A stretch of 64,000 nt of DNA from Scyliorhinus canicula (Eukaryota). Below the pieces are notes generated by a model. That model worked only from the letters and a program-made list of their open reading frames with translations. It made no database searches and was not told where the DNA came from. The position numbers and the translations under genes were made by a program. Every line of letters starts with the position of its first letter. Within the stretch, counting starts at the first letter, position 1. The stretch lies in contig NC_052152.1 in assembly GCF_902713615.1 (NCBI RefSeq), positions 65,630,818-65,694,817 of the forward strand, given 5' to 3'. This document shows, in pieces, positions 48,131 to 61,275 of this stretch.

Positions 48131-49054
48131 TGTAGGCAGTGGGATTCTCCCTTCCCGCCATTTGTCAGTGGGATTTCTCATTGAAGCCCGTGGGGCGGGG
48201 GTGCGATGCTGGCGGGAACAGAGAATCCCATTCTCCCGCCATTATCATTTCCATAATTTCAGAGTAGCTTTTCTTCAGCCTGATCAACAGTTTAGACTGC
48301 TGATTGGATGGAGTAGACAAGAAAAAAGGGGGATGGCAGATGGAGAAAAGCTGTATACATTTTGAGTGGCCAAGGTTCGCACCTGCCTAACCACATTTTT
48401 GTGTGTGGGATCTCACAATCGTATTTGAAACTGAAAGTAGGTTTTGAGCGAGCTGTATTCATGTTTCTCTTGCTGCTCAGGCATAATCATAGCTGCGGAG
48501 ATGTCACTGCTCCTTTGTGATGGCAAATCTAGTTTTGAGGGAAGAAACAGGAATTAAGTCACATGAATTTCAGAGCGACACAGGACCATTTGTCCTCAGT
48601 TCCAATTGACAATGTTGTGGAGAAATATGCGACTACATCCTAACCTCATCAATAAATGAGCAATAACGGGAGTGAGTGAGCAGCTTCTGTAGGATCAGAT
48701 AACAATATTGAGTTATGCCAGCCTTGTGATTTCAGAAACCATTGGAGGCAATCCTGCTTCCAATGATACATTTAGGTATTGCACCTCTTGGGGGAGGAGC
48801 AACTGTCTATATCTAGTCAACATACTACAAATTCCTCTTTTTCCTATTCAGAAAATAATACTAATACTGGCCTCCTCTGCCATGAGACTCCGGATCCACA
48901 CCCTCTACCGTCAGTGCACTATGGCTGAGATTTGTACTATCGACAAGGTGCAATGCAGAAACACATCAAGCTTGATTGAACAGCATTTGCCACATTAAAC
49001 AGCTCTTGGGTAACCAGAGTTTCATCCCCTTTCTGACAGATGATCCTGAGGGTT

Positions 49055-49824
49055 TATTGGATTCACCAATTATTTGGGGGTCCTTTAAGAAATCAACTAA
49101 ACATATATTGGAGAACAAAATGATTCTTGAAAATACTGAGTCTGCAAAAGTATAATCAACTTATAAAAATTTATGAACTATTGAACTTTGATCATGACTG
49201 TCTACAAATACGAACAATGTTTCAAAAGATGTGTTATATAAGCCTACCTAAAGAAGCAATATGAAAGTACATTCAGCAGAATTGTAACAATCTAGTAACA
49301 TAGCAAGGCTAGAGGCTAGTCATGACGCAAATGTTTGGACCGTGAGAGCGCACATGAGAAATGATACTGTGTTAGGGAAATATTGATTAATCTTGAGTAA
49401 GTGATTAATGTCTAATTAGCTAATCATGTGTTAAGTGATTGACACCTTTCTGAACGAATCAGGGGGGTCTCATCTTAGAGTAAAAACAAATGAAAATAAA
49501 TACGGGCTAAACCATAGATAAGGATTAATTTTTAAAGAGGAATTCTAGCCTTCCTGAATTCTTGAAGTATATGTAGAAATTATTTTTATTTAAAAGTATT
49601 TTCTTTACCTTTTTCTTATGTTAATGGTTCAATGATTGTTTGCTGTTTTCTGACAAGTTTATGTATTATTAAGTTGATGTATTATTTTGACCTAAGTTTT
49701 GATTCAGTTCTTATGCACGTTCTTATGCAACTCTATAAAATTCTTAGTAATAAAGTGTGTTTTGGACACGTCTATCAATCAGAATGAGTATCTTATTTTT
49801 GGAAGAAAAATAAGAGATCCTAAA
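49055..49824 (+). mobile_element. ERV 5' LTR (770 bp)
   Basis: TATTGGATT...GATCCTAAA, colinear with the 3' LTR; AGTAATAAAG poly(A) signal at about 49746. Confidence 0.9.
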
Positions 49825-49828
49825 ATTT

Positions 49829-49846
49829 TGGCGAGCCAAACCTAGA
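49829..49846 (+). other. ERV primer-binding site, tRNA-Arg(ACG)-like
   Basis: TGGCGAGCCA matches the first 10 nt of the complement of vertebrate tRNA-Arg(ACG) 3' end (TGGCGAGCCAGCCAGGAG, from memory); the rest is diverged. Confidence 0.6.
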
Positions 49847-50201
49847 AGAGCAACGGGAGAAGATACCGAATACCATACCGGAGTATCGGTGGCAGGGTAG
49901 CAGATTGGCAGAAGCTAGGTAAGAGACCTGAAGATCTGTGACCATGTGTGGAGATCAGGTGACTTCCTATGCTCTTTTACGATCAGAACATGTCCAGAGT
50001 GAATTGGCTCAAGTCTCAGATGGTGTGTATGTGCTCTACGGCATTAGAGATAAATCTATATTGTGATCATCTCGTCTAGATGGAAATATCTGTGGCTTGC
50101 AGGCCCGAGGTTATAAACACTGTTTGTGGAGTTGAAAAGTTGAAAATGGAAGCCGAAGTGTCATCAGCAACCTCTGGTGGTAATCAGAATCCAACAGAGA
50201 T

Positions 50202-51665
50202 CTACGGTACCTGCAGCTCAAAAACTTCCTACGAAAGGAGACAAGGACGTACCCACAACCGCCATGACAGACACTACTGGAAGACCTACTGGACGCAAGT
50301 ATCCTAGAGAAAGGGAACTGTAGTGACATGTATGACCGACTGGTAGATAGGGACGACACCGTACTGGGCGCAACAAGAAGGAAATGGGAGGACGACCTGG
50401 GGATTGAGATAGGGTGGGGACTCTGGAGCGAAGCACTGCATAGGGTCAACTCCACCTCCACGTGCGCAAGGCTCAGCCTGACGCAACTAAAAGTGGTACA
50501 TAGAGCCCACTTAACGAGAAACCGTATGAGTAGGTTCTTCCCGGAGGTGGAGGACAGATGTGAACGGTGCCAAAGAGGCCCGGCCAACCACGCCCACATG
50601 TTCTGGTCTTGCCCCAGACTTGTGGAGTACTGGACAGCCTTCTTCGAGGCTATGTCCAAAGTGGTGGGGGTGAGGGTGGAGCCATGCCCGATAGTGGCGG
50701 TCTTCGGGGTTTCAGACCAGCCAGATCTATTCCTGGGGAGGAGGGCGGACGCCCTTGCCTTTGCCTCCCTGATCGCCCACCGTAGAATCCTGTTTTGCTG
50801 GCGGTCAGCAGCACCGCCCAGAGCTGCAGACTGGCTGTCCGACCTCTCGGAATCTCTCCAAATGGAGAAAATCAAATTCGCCATCCGAGGATCAGACGAC
50901 GGCTTCCACAGAACGTGGGAGCCATTCATGCAATTGTTCCGGGACCTGTTTGTGGCCAACGTACAAGAGGAAGAATAGTCGGGTGGCCAAGAATCAGGGG
51001 AAAATGGACGGGAATCGGGGGAAGGTAGCCGGGGTGGGGGGTTACGGGCTCGTTATGGGGGTTTGATGGCAAGCTAAGGCCCAAAACCAAACTATAAATA
51101 AATGCCTATAAACATGTGCCTCGGCCATATTGGGGAATGTAAAATATGTATGCTGGCTAAAGGGGGCGGCCACAATTGTTGTTGTGAAGATGCTTACATA
51201 GAACATAGAACAGTACGGCACAGAACAGGCCCTTCGGCCCTCGATGTTGTGCCGAGCAATGATCACCCTACTCAAACCCACGTATCCACCCTATACCTGT
51301 AACCCAACAACCCCCCCCCAACCTTACTTTTTTTTTAGGACACTGCGGGCAATTTAGCATGGCCAATCCACCTAACCTGCACATCTTTGGACTGTGGGAG
51401 GAAACCGGAGCACCCGGAGGAAACCCACACACACACGGGGAGGACGTGCAGACTCCCCTCAGACAGTGACCCAGCCGGGAATCGAACCTGGGACCCTGGA
51501 GCTGTGAAGCATTTATGCTAACCACCATGCTACCGTGCTGCCCCTAAATATTTACCTGTAAATATTCATGTTAAATTTTTGTGTTTTCTTTTTTTCTCTC
51601 TAATAATTTGTAATTTGTCATATATAAAATATGAAAACTCAATAAAAAACATTTATAAAAAAAAA
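50202..51665 (+). mobile_element. 5'-truncated L1 inserted in ERV gag, with poly(A) tail and 16-bp TSD
   Basis: TSD AGAATCCAACAGAGAT at 50186-50201 and 51666-51681; open ORF2 C-terminus 50328..50978 with CERCQRGPANHAHMFWSC; AATAAA plus A-tail. Confidence 0.92.
51196..51543 (-). mobile_element. SINE inside the L1 3'UTR
   Basis: Reverse complement of the 16603-type SINE, ends GTGCTGCCC. Confidence 0.9.
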
Positions 51666-52807
51666 AGAATCCAACAGAGATTTCCATAGAAGGGATATTT
51701 CAGACAGCAAAAAGTTTTATAGAACAACAACTTGATCTGGCTAAGTTCGACACTAACATTGAACAGAAGTTTTTATAACATGATGTTTCGAAAGGACAAT
51801 GGTCCATTGATGATATTCAGAAGGTATGGGAACAAATGAATAAAAAGAAAAATAAAGATCGAATCAAGTGGTGCCTGATTGTAATAAGTCAGATCTGAAG
51901 GAGAAATGAGAATATAGGGAGTAGGAATTATGACTGAGATTAAGAAACGGAAGGAACAGGTATGAGCACTCTGTGAAAAATTAAAGAGAAAGAAAACCCA
52001 GGCTCGAGCGATTAGAGAACTTAGAACAAGAAAATGCAAGATTTAAATGTGAAATGGACAGGCTGAACTTAGAGAAAAATTGGTCTCGACTTGAGAGAAC
52101 TGAATTTATGGTGGAAAATGCTGGATTTAACCTGGTGGTAGCAGACCTTCTGAATCAGGTTCGGGAGTTAAGAAATAGGAAACCAGTGGAATGTCTAAGG
52201 GGAGGGAACATCTTTTGATGGCCCACCGAAACCCCTACAACAAAAGTCTGTCCCTAGCACAGCAGAACCGACTACAGGAACCATGCCTCTACATGCCAGT
52301 CAAATATCTGGGGCTGTCCCGACGTAGTACGTACCATCCCAAAGGAAAAGAAATTAGGTATATCTACAAATCCCTTTTTAATGGAATTGTCAGAATTCGA
52401 TGGTGATTCTGAAATAGAAATTATAAGGGAAATACTTGAGAAACATAAAAAATGCAAATCTAAAAAAGCAGTAGGTACATGTATGGCTAACTCCTTTAAA
52501 GTCAAAGCGGTATAAATCTGAGTTAGCACAAACAGTCTCTGCGGAAGGGGATAGGAAGAACACTCAAGCCCAATATGCTCAACATGTAGTCCATAAACCA
52601 GCTGATCCAGGTAGAATTGACCGGTGGTCCAAAGAATTACCTAATCCAAAAAAAAGGAGGAATGGGGACATAGGAAGGGCTCAAAAGATTGCGACAGATT
52701 TACAATCTCCACACGCTGGATGGGGTTCAAGTTCTGACTGTAATAACCCCTAAACGAGAAAGTGGCCAACTTTTTAGAGAAGCTAAAGGAGCATTAGGAG
52801 AGGAAGA

Positions 52808-53161
52808 GGGCAGCACGGTAGCCTTGTGGATAGCACAATCGCTTCACAGCTCCAGGGTCCCAGGTTCGATTCCGGCTTGGGTCATTGTCTGTGCGGAGTC
52901 TGCACATCCTTCCCGTGTGTGCGTGGGTTTCCTCCGGGTGCTCCGGTTTCCTCCCACAGTCCAAAGATGTGCGGGTTAGGTGGATTGGCCATGATAAATT
53001 GCCCTTAGTGTCCAAAATTGTCATTAGTGTTGGGTGGAGTTATTGGGTAATGGGGATAGAGTGGAGGTGTTGACCTTGGATAGGGGGTAGAGTGCTCTTT
53101 CCAAGAGCCGGTGCAGACTCGATGGGCTGAATGGCCTCCTTCTGCACTGTAAATTCTATGT
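52808..53161 (+). mobile_element. SINE inserted in ERV gag
   Basis: GGGCAGCACGGTAGCC head, CTGCACTGTAAATTCTATG tail. Confidence 0.9.
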
Positions 53162-53330
53162 AAAGAGCAGCGAATAGATGATGGCTGGCTCGTAACTAAA
53201 CAATGGTTGTTAAGGTACAACCTGCCAAAAAATGACAAAGATTACTGCTTGTCTGCAGAAGAGGTCAGAGGAAATATTAGATTTAGGAAAATGCAGGCAG
53301 AACACTCAGGAATAGAGTTGCCAGGGGGAA

Positions 53331-54062
53331 TCATGGAATTTACAGTGCAGAAGGAGGCTATTCGGCCCATTGAGTCTGCACCGGCCCTTGGAAAGTGCAC
53401 CCTGTTGTGTTAAGCACAGTAAGATAACACGGGCTGCAACTGGATGCAGCTTTACCTGAGAGATACTCCACACCTTGAAGTTAGTTCAATATGATTTATT
53501 GAACCTGTCACACAGTTGGCTCAATCCTCTGAGTTCGATTCTCTGTTAACCTAATGTGATTAATCTGTCTGACTGAACCAGGCTAGCTCTTAGCCACATG
53601 CTGTAGGAGTTATATGATATGTACACCATGACTCACACTGTAGACGTCACCAGTGGAAAGAGGTGGAGTGCGAGTGCCTCGTGCCTTTTATAGTGGGAAA
53701 CCACCCCCAAATGTTCTGCCTGCTGATTGGTTATGTCCTGTTCTCTGTATTCATTAGCTGCCTGTTTGTATCTCATTATGTGCATGTCTGCATATCATGA
53801 CACACCCTACCTAAGCCCACACCCCGTAACCCAGTAACCCCACCCAAACATTTTTTTTGAACACTAACGGCAATTTAGCATGGCCAATCCACCTAACCTG
53901 CACATCTTTGGACTGTGGGAGGAAACCGGAGTACTCTGAGGAAACCCACGCAGACAGGGGAAAACGTGCAGACTCCGCACAGACAGTTACCCAATCTGGG
54001 AATCGAACCTGGGACCCTGGAACTGTGAAGCACATGTGCTAACCACTGTGCTACCGTACCCC
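53331..54062 (-). mobile_element. SINE in ERV gag, itself split by a solo LTR
   Basis: SINE tail at 53331-53402 resumes at 53808. Confidence 0.85.
53403..53802 (-). mobile_element. 400-bp solo LTR with 5-bp TSD CACCC
   Basis: TGTTGTG...CATGACA ends; CACCC at 53398-53402 and 53803-53807; TTTATT (minus-strand AATAAA) near 53496. Confidence 0.88.
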
Positions 54063-54366
54063 CTCCCCACTGTGCTACGGCGCCCCTTGGGATGACAGCA
54101 CTCGCAAACTGTTAAAATCTGCATTTCTTGCCGGTTTATAAATAGATGTATCAAACGCATTGAAATTGGTGCTTCCCGATTGGAATCAAGCAGCAATAAT
54201 GTATTCAGCATTTAGTACATCGATGTGCTCAAATCGATCGGGATTTGGATACTAAGATAGTGTTTTTCAAACAGAAACACAACCTAAAGGAGTAGCAGTC
54301 CAATCAGTAAATAATGCTTTGTCTAATTCAAATGCTTTACGAGAATCAAAATTTGCAAGAGGAAAA

Positions 54367-54408
54367 TGCCATTTTTGAGGAAAGGAAGGACATTGGGCTA
54401 GGTCATGT
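54367..54408 (+). pseudogene. gag: ERV gag nucleocapsid CCHC zinc knuckle (disrupted)
   Basis: C-H-F-*-G-K-E-G-H-W-A-R-S-C; the second Cys codon has become TGA. Confidence 0.75.
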
Positions 54409-56660
54409 CGAGCTAGTTTGCAAGGACGACAAGGGCAGGATGTTGTTTACGGACCCCAATCGGTGCTCCCATATAAGACACCATCTGGGGAAAGCATTAA
54501 CCAGGACCCAATGTGCCTCCAAATCCTGCTCCTGCTCCCAATTCCACACCTACATTTTAGCCACAATCTCCACCATCCCAGTCCGAAGAAGAATCAGCAC
54601 ACCATAAAGCCGCTCTGTTGGAGATGTCAAAAAACTAGAAAAGTTCACCCTCTGCCTCCATCCGTGCCTCTCTTCATGCTTTACTTGAAAATAGAAGAGA
54701 TGGATTATATGCATTAATCGAGGTGGACGGTATAGAAGTGGATTGTCTTTTTGATACAGGAGCAGAGTTAACATGCTTTTTGTTGGAATTTGGAGAGGTA
54801 TTCCTTCTGGATTCTAAGTAAACTGTGGCTCATGGTGTTGGGAGAGATCTAGCGACTATTAAAAGAACTAAATCTATGTGGATAGAATTGCGTCCTCGTG
54901 AATTAATTTCTCCAGTCTGGGTAGACCAACTGGATTAGGCTATTCTGGGTTTGGATATTCTATCCCAATTGAATTCTTTTCTAAGCTTTGAAAATGGAAA
55001 AGTAACATGGGTAATTAGAACATTCAGGAAAGATCAGCTATGCGAACATCCGATTTGGGCTAAAGATAAGAATGGTTGTGGATTATTACATATGGAAACA
55101 GCATCATTCACTGGTAACGCTCCACCATGTATCAAACAATACCCCATCAACCCGTCCTCAACTGAAGGGATTTTGCTTCTAGTCAACCAGCTGGAAGAAA
55201 GAAGGTTATTGATTAAAACACACAGTTCATCAAACAGTCCAGTTTGGCCTGTGAAAAAGGCAAATAGTACATGGTGTTTGACGATTGATTACTGAAAAGC
55301 AAACCAATGCATTAATAAAAAAAAATAGCCCCGTTAGTGGCAGACCCCTCATCTATTTTCAATGCTCTAATGCCAAAACTTGAATGGTTTTCAGTTATTT
55401 ATTTGGTTAATGGCTTTTGGTCAGTATCAGTAGAGCAGGAAGTGCAACTTTGGTTTGCATTTACTATTAAAGAGAAACAGTACACCTGGACAAGATTACC
55501 ACCGGGTTTTCACAACAGTCCTACTGTATTCCATATGGCTTTACAAAATTATTTGAAGGATTCACCCGAGTTGCCCTTTACCATTATCTAGAACATATGA
55601 CATTTTGTTAGCCACGATTAAGGAAATAGATAACGAGAAGGATTTATATGTGTTGTTGGATCATTTCAAAGCACAAATTGCTCAAAATGAAGTAATCTAT
55701 TTACGTCAGACAGTTTCAAAAGGCAAAAGAGAACTGACCCAAGATAGAAGAGAGGCAATTCAAATCACAAAAAAACCCACCAATATTGAAGTGCTGAGAT
55801 CATTTTTGTGGTTATGTAACTTCAATAGAAATTGGATTGACTCATAAACCCAGTTGGCACAACCTCTCTTTGATATGTTAAAGGAAAGTCGAAAATCAAA
55901 AGAGGAAATCACTCTAACAGCAGAACAGGAAAATGCCTTCAAGGATTTAAAACCGGCTTTGTGCTCAGCTCCAGCCTTAGGCATTCTGAATAGTGGAAAA
56001 CCATTTACCCTCTTTATTCATGAAAAAGAGGATATATGACAGCAATCTTTACACAGGATCATGGGGATCAACAGAGACCAATTGGGTACTATTCAGGAAA
56101 ACTAGACCTAGTAGCCCTTGGGTGGGGAAGTTGAGAGCTGTAGAGGCCACATATAAAGCCGTAACAGTGACTGCAGGCATTGTTCTGGACCTCAAAGTGA
56201 TCATTAAATGTCCTCGCACAATTCATGCATTACTTTCAATAAATAGAATCACACACGTCACCTCAGCCAGATGGGCAAAATGGACAACAATCCTGGAAGC
56301 TGCCAACCTTTATTTCCAAAATGAAGGCCCAGTAAACCTATCATCCTTACTCTCACTCCCTGGGGAACAAAAGGGGGGGGGGGGGGTGAAAAAGAGCATG
56401 ACGGTCTTGAGACAACAGAGGAAATGAAGGAGGCACATCTAGTAGAGGAAGAACTATTACAGAACCCAGATCTAATTTTATTTACAGATGAGTCCTCTTT
56501 CGTAGAAAAGAGTATTCGGAAGGCAGGCTGGGCAATCACAAGTCTTTATACTATTATGGCAAAAGGATAATTACCCTCAGAGACATCAGTCCAACAAGCG
56601 GAGTTGAAAGCCCTAACTGAGGCTTGTCAGATGGCAAAAGGGAGGAATTCGCTGATAATG

Positions 56661-57160
56661 GGGCTATGTCCTTACGCCCGCATGAAAACGGGTGCGAATC
56701 ACTCTGGACTTACCTGAAGAAAGTCCAGAGTGATTCTCCCTTTTGCGCGGGGCTATCAGGGACCCGGAGTAGTCCACAAAGCTCCGGTTGCCAATACGGG
56801 ACCCTGCACTTCCGGCCGGAGGTCTGCGCATGCGCACGTCAACGGTGACGGATCCCCCCACCGCTCCACCAGGGAAGCCAGGACTGAGTCAGCAGCCACC
56901 ACTCCGAGTGCCAGCCGGGTGGAACAATGAGTGAACCAAGCTGGCGGAAACTCGGCCAATTGCCAGCAGAGAATTGCCGCGTGGGCCTCTTTCAATGGCC
57001 CCTGACTGGCGCCACGTCGGCCGCGCGCATGAGATTGGCAGCGATCCTCCGGTCCCCGGCGAATCATGGTTGTGGCGTCGGACCCGATCGCAGGTCTGAC
57101 GCGCATTCTCCGCCCCCGCGTCGAGCGCGATTGCGGCACGGAGCTCGAAGAATCCCAGCC
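56661..57160. mobile_element. Harbinger-derived MITE in the ERV RNase H region, 3-bp TSD ATG
   Basis: ATG at 56658-56660 and 57161-57163; right end GAAGAATCCCAGCC; the pol sequence resumes GGTTTCGGAGTAGTTCATGAT. Confidence 0.75.
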
Positions 57161-57738
57161 ATGGTTTCGGAGTAGTTCATGATTCTGGTCAAATATGGAA
57201 GAAAAAAGGGTTCCTTACTGCTTCAGGGACACCTATTCGAAATGGAGAAGAGGTACAAAACCTATTAGAAGCTTTAAAGTTGCCAAAGGAAGGAGCTATT
57301 TTGAAATGTAAGGCCCATACCTAAGAAGACACCCTAGACTAGAGGCATAGGGGAATATCCTGGCAGATCGAGCAGCAAAAGAAGCTGCTTCACTGTGCAA
57401 TCCTTTAGAATAATCAAAAAAAAACCTGTTGACTAGGAGTGCATAGTGTGATACAAGATTTATATAAAATGCAAAAAGAAGGTCCACAGGAAGAAAAATG
57501 GACCTGGATGGAAGCAGGTGTTAATTTCTGTGAGGATGGTATTTGGAGACAAACTGAGACTAACAAACCAGTTGCACCTCAGTCACTGATGCCTTATTTA
57601 GCTCAGCAAATCCATTCCTGGGGGCACCTAGCTCCTCAACAAATGATGGCATGGTTCCAAAGGAGTTCCAAGGGTCATGTATTTAAGAAACATGCTCAGG
57701 TAGTAGCCGACCGTTGCGTTACTTGCCAAAAGAACAAT

Positions 57739-59208
57739 TTGATTGATTTGATCACATATATTGGTATACAGTGAAAAGTATTGTTTCTTGCATGCTGTAC
57801 AAACAATGCATACCGTACATAGGGAAGGAAGGAGAGGCTGCAGAATATAATGTTACAGTTATAACAAGGTGCAGAGCAAAGATCAATTTAGTACGAGGTA
57901 GGTCCATTCAAAAGTCTGATGGCAGTAGGGAAGAAGCTGTTCTTGAGTCGGTTGGTACGTAACCTCAAACTTTGGTATCTTATTCCGACGGAAGAAGGTG
58001 GAAGAGAGTATGTCAGGGGTGCGTGGGGTCCTTAATTTTGCTGGCTGCCTTTCTGAGGCAGCAGGAATTGTAGACAGAGTCGATGGATGGGAGGCTGGTT
58101 TGCATGATGGATTGGGCTACATTCACAACCCTTTATAATTTCCTGCGGTCTTGGGCAGAACAGGATCCATACCAGGCTATGATACAACCAGAAAGAATGC
58201 TTTCTATGATGCATCTGTAGAAATGGAGAGTGTCGTAGGTGACATGCCAAATTTCCTTAGTCTTCAGAGAAAATAGAGTCGTTGGTGGGCTTTCTTAACT
58301 ATCGTGTCAGCATGGGGAGACCAGGACAGGTTGTTGGTCATCTGGACACCGAAAAACTTGAAGCTCTCGACCCTTTCTACTTTGTTCCCATTGACGTAGA
58401 CAGGGGCATGTTCTCCACTAAGCTTCCTGAAGTCGATGACAATCTCCTTTGTTTTGTTGACATTGAGGGAGAGATTATTGTCGTCGCACCAGTTCTCCAG
58501 ATTCTCTATCTCATTCCTGTACTCTGTCTTGTCATTGTTTGAAATCCGACCCACGACTGTGGCGTCATCAACAAATTTGAAAATCGAGTTGTTGGGGAAT
58601 TTGGCCACACAGTCATAGGTGTACAAAGAGTATAGTAGGGGGCTGAGGACACAGCCTTGTGGGGCATCGGTGTTCAGGATGATCGCGGAGGAGTTGTTGT
58701 TGTTGCCCATCCTTATTGATTGTGGCCTGTGGGTTAGAAAGTTCAGGATCCAGTCACAGAGGGAGGAGCCGAGGCCAAGGAGTTTGGAGATGAGTTTCAT
58801 ATGAATGATGGTGTTGAAGGCTGAGCTGTAGTCGATAAATAAGAGTCTGACATAGGTGTCTTTGTTATCTAGGTGTTCCAGGGTAGAGTGCAGGGCCATG
58901 GAGATGGTGTCTGCTGTGGACCTGTTGCAGTGGTAGGCGAACTGTAGTAGATCAAGGCAATCTGCGAGGCTGGAGTTGATTCGTGCCATGACTAACCTTT
59001 CAAAGCACTTCATGATGATGGATGTCAGAGCCACTGGACGATAGTCATTAAGGCACGCTGCTTGGCTTTTTTTTAAGTCCAGGGATGATGGTTGTCTTCC
59101 TGAAGCAGATAGGGACCTCAGATTGTTGTAAAGAAAGGTCGAAGATGTCCGCGAATACCCCCGCCAGCTGATTCGCGCAAGATCTGAGTGCCCGTCCGGG
59201 TACCCCGG
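57739..59208 (-). mobile_element. Rex1/Babar-type LINE fragment inserted in the ERV integrase
   Basis: Open RT 58264..59034 ([54 protein letters not shown]); possible TSD ACAAT (57734-57738, 59209-59213). Confidence 0.85.
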
Positions 59209-60044
59209 ACAATCTAGGACCTAGAACATCCATGCCTCAGTTAAAAGGCCCTGCCCCATTAGGATCATTTCAACACACACAGGTTGATTACATCACTCTT
59301 CCACCATGTCGAGTATACTCTGAAGTCCTTGTGATAGTGGACAAAAGTTCCTGATGGGTAGAAGCCATTCCGGCAAGAAGAGCTTCAGCTAGCCAGAGAG
59401 CTAAAATTTTATGCAAAGACTATCCCTAGATGGGGAGGACCAGTTAGCATAGAATCAGACAAAGGAACTCATTTTACAGGAGCTGTCTGCAAAGAAGTTT
59501 GCAGATTATTAAACATCCGGTGTGAACTACATTGTCCTTACCACCCACAATCATCAGGACAAGTGGAACACATGAATTAAATCCTAAAGGAACGATGATC
59601 AAAATATCACCAAAAGGGAAGGCCATGGCCTCAGGCTTTGCCATTAGTCCTGTGCAGCACCAGAGCAACACCAAACAGAATCACAGGCCTGAGTCTATTT
59701 GAATTAATCACTGACAGGCCCATGTCCTTACCAGGAACTATTGGCCTAAGAAAACTGATTCTCATTTAATGAGTGATGCATCACTTAAATATTGTCAAAA
59801 TCTAACAAATGCCGTTAGTTCTGCTTCCTGACAGGTTTGAGCAGTGTGGGGTGATCCTCCCGAAGGCGGGCAAGACCTTGTGCCAGGAATTGAAGTCTAC
59901 ATAAGAAAGTGCAGAAGGAACCTCTGGTGGCCAAGTGAGAGGGCCCTACCAGGTGCTACTCACAACTCCAGCAGCTGTAAAGGTGCAGGGAAAACATTCC
60001 TGGATCCATGCATCGCACGTTAAAGAGCTCATTATGTCTCAGCG

Positions 60045-60500
60045 GTGCGAGCAGGCCCCCGGGGTCCTGGGGGGGGGGGGGGGGCGAGGGGCGATCGAAC
60101 CCCGGGGGGGTGCCCCCACAGTGGCCTGGCCCGCAATCGGGGCCCCCGGCTCAGACTCCGGGCCAGTGCTCTGGCTGCACTAGTTTCTTCCGCGGCCGCC
60201 ATGGCGGAAGCGGAAGAGAACCCCACATCGCGCATGCGCCGGTAGTGACGTCAGCGGTCATCTGCCACTGACGTTACTGCCGCCGCATGCGCGGACCGGC
60301 GAAAGCCTTTCGGCCAGCCCCGCTGCCGGGGGCGCCGGTTTTGTGCGCCTGTCTTCTGGTGGCAACCGCTCCGGCGCGGGGCTGGCCCCCAAAGGTGGGG
60401 AGAATTCTCCACCTTTGGGGAGGCGCGACCCCGGAGTGGTTGGCGCCACTCCTCTACTCCGGGACCCTCCGTCACGCCAGGTAGGGGAGAATGCCGCCCC
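60045..60500. mobile_element. Harbinger-derived MITE fragment between integrase and env
   Basis: GC-rich, related to the other MITEs, right end GGAGAATGCCGCCC; no left TIR found. Confidence 0.7.
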
Positions 60501-61052
60501 TTATAATGGGACTTACTTTATTTGTGACCAAAAAGCATACCCTTGGCTTTCAAAACTTTGGTCAGGATCTTGTTATTTAGGATATGTAATACCTGCCATC
60601 CGTCACCTTCCTTCTTTATCAGAAATACTAGGAATAAGAAGTAAACGTGCCCTCACTGCATGGGATCGATTTCTTGCCCAGCTTGTTCCCTTTTATTGGG
60701 ATACAAAATTAGCCAAAGTATTAGTCAAAATAATGACTATCATAGAGAACGTAGCAAATGATACCCCTACTGCCCTATTCAAAATTTCTGCTGCGATGCT
60801 AGCTATCCGTACTGTAACTTAAGAAAGGAAGTTGAAAAACTTAAACAACGCAAGTCTAACACTCTTTGCGTTGGGCTTAGCGGATAGCTGGGATACTTGG
60901 GAGCCCCAGTTGTGCAAGGTTTGGTTATGGTCTTTGTAATAATTTTTGCTCTGTGTCTTGTAATTTTGACAACCAAATATGTCTATAAGAAAATGACAAG
61001 AAACCCTGACGTAGCAATACCTTTACAGGCTATGAGAGGTTCCGACTATTAA
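60501..61052 (+). pseudogene. env: ERV env remnant (end of SU, furin site, fusion region, TM anchor)
   Basis: YNGTYFICDQKAYPWLSKLWSGSCYLGY, RSKR furin site, ALTAWDRFLAQLVP, then a stop; a later frame gives VMVFVIIFALCLVILTTKYVYKK...SDY*. Confidence 0.8.
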
Positions 61053-61258
61053 CTCCTTACTATTAATTTTATTTACCAACTTCAAATGCTTGTAACTCTT
61101 TTTTTAAGAAGCACCCATTCCAGTGTTGAAGGCAATTCCTACACACAGGGACCATCAAAAACACTTGTGAATGTGTTTTTCTTAGCTTATCTCTCTTTCT
61201 TCTTATTATTTTATTATTTTAATTATTACTAACATATTGATTTATTTTATTAAGTTTA

Positions 61259-61275
61259 GAATGAAAGGAGGGAGA
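61259..61275 (+). other. ERV polypurine tract
   Basis: GAATGAAAGGAGGGAGA immediately 5' of the 3' LTR. Confidence 0.85.

Larger units (their letters stand above)
54700..59995 (+). pseudogene. pol: ERV pro-pol remnant (protease, RT, RNase H, integrase) with insertions
   Basis: CLFDTGAELT (about 54744); IKQYPINP, NSPVWPVKK, YTWTRLPPGFHNSP; LFTDESS (about 56477); integrase HSWGHL...[63 protein letters not shown]. Confidence 0.9.

Noticed and set aside
60343-60822. Domesticated, syncytin-like env gene
   Set aside because: No signal peptide, most of SU deleted, a stop before the TM anchor and an in-frame TAG upstream of the anchor
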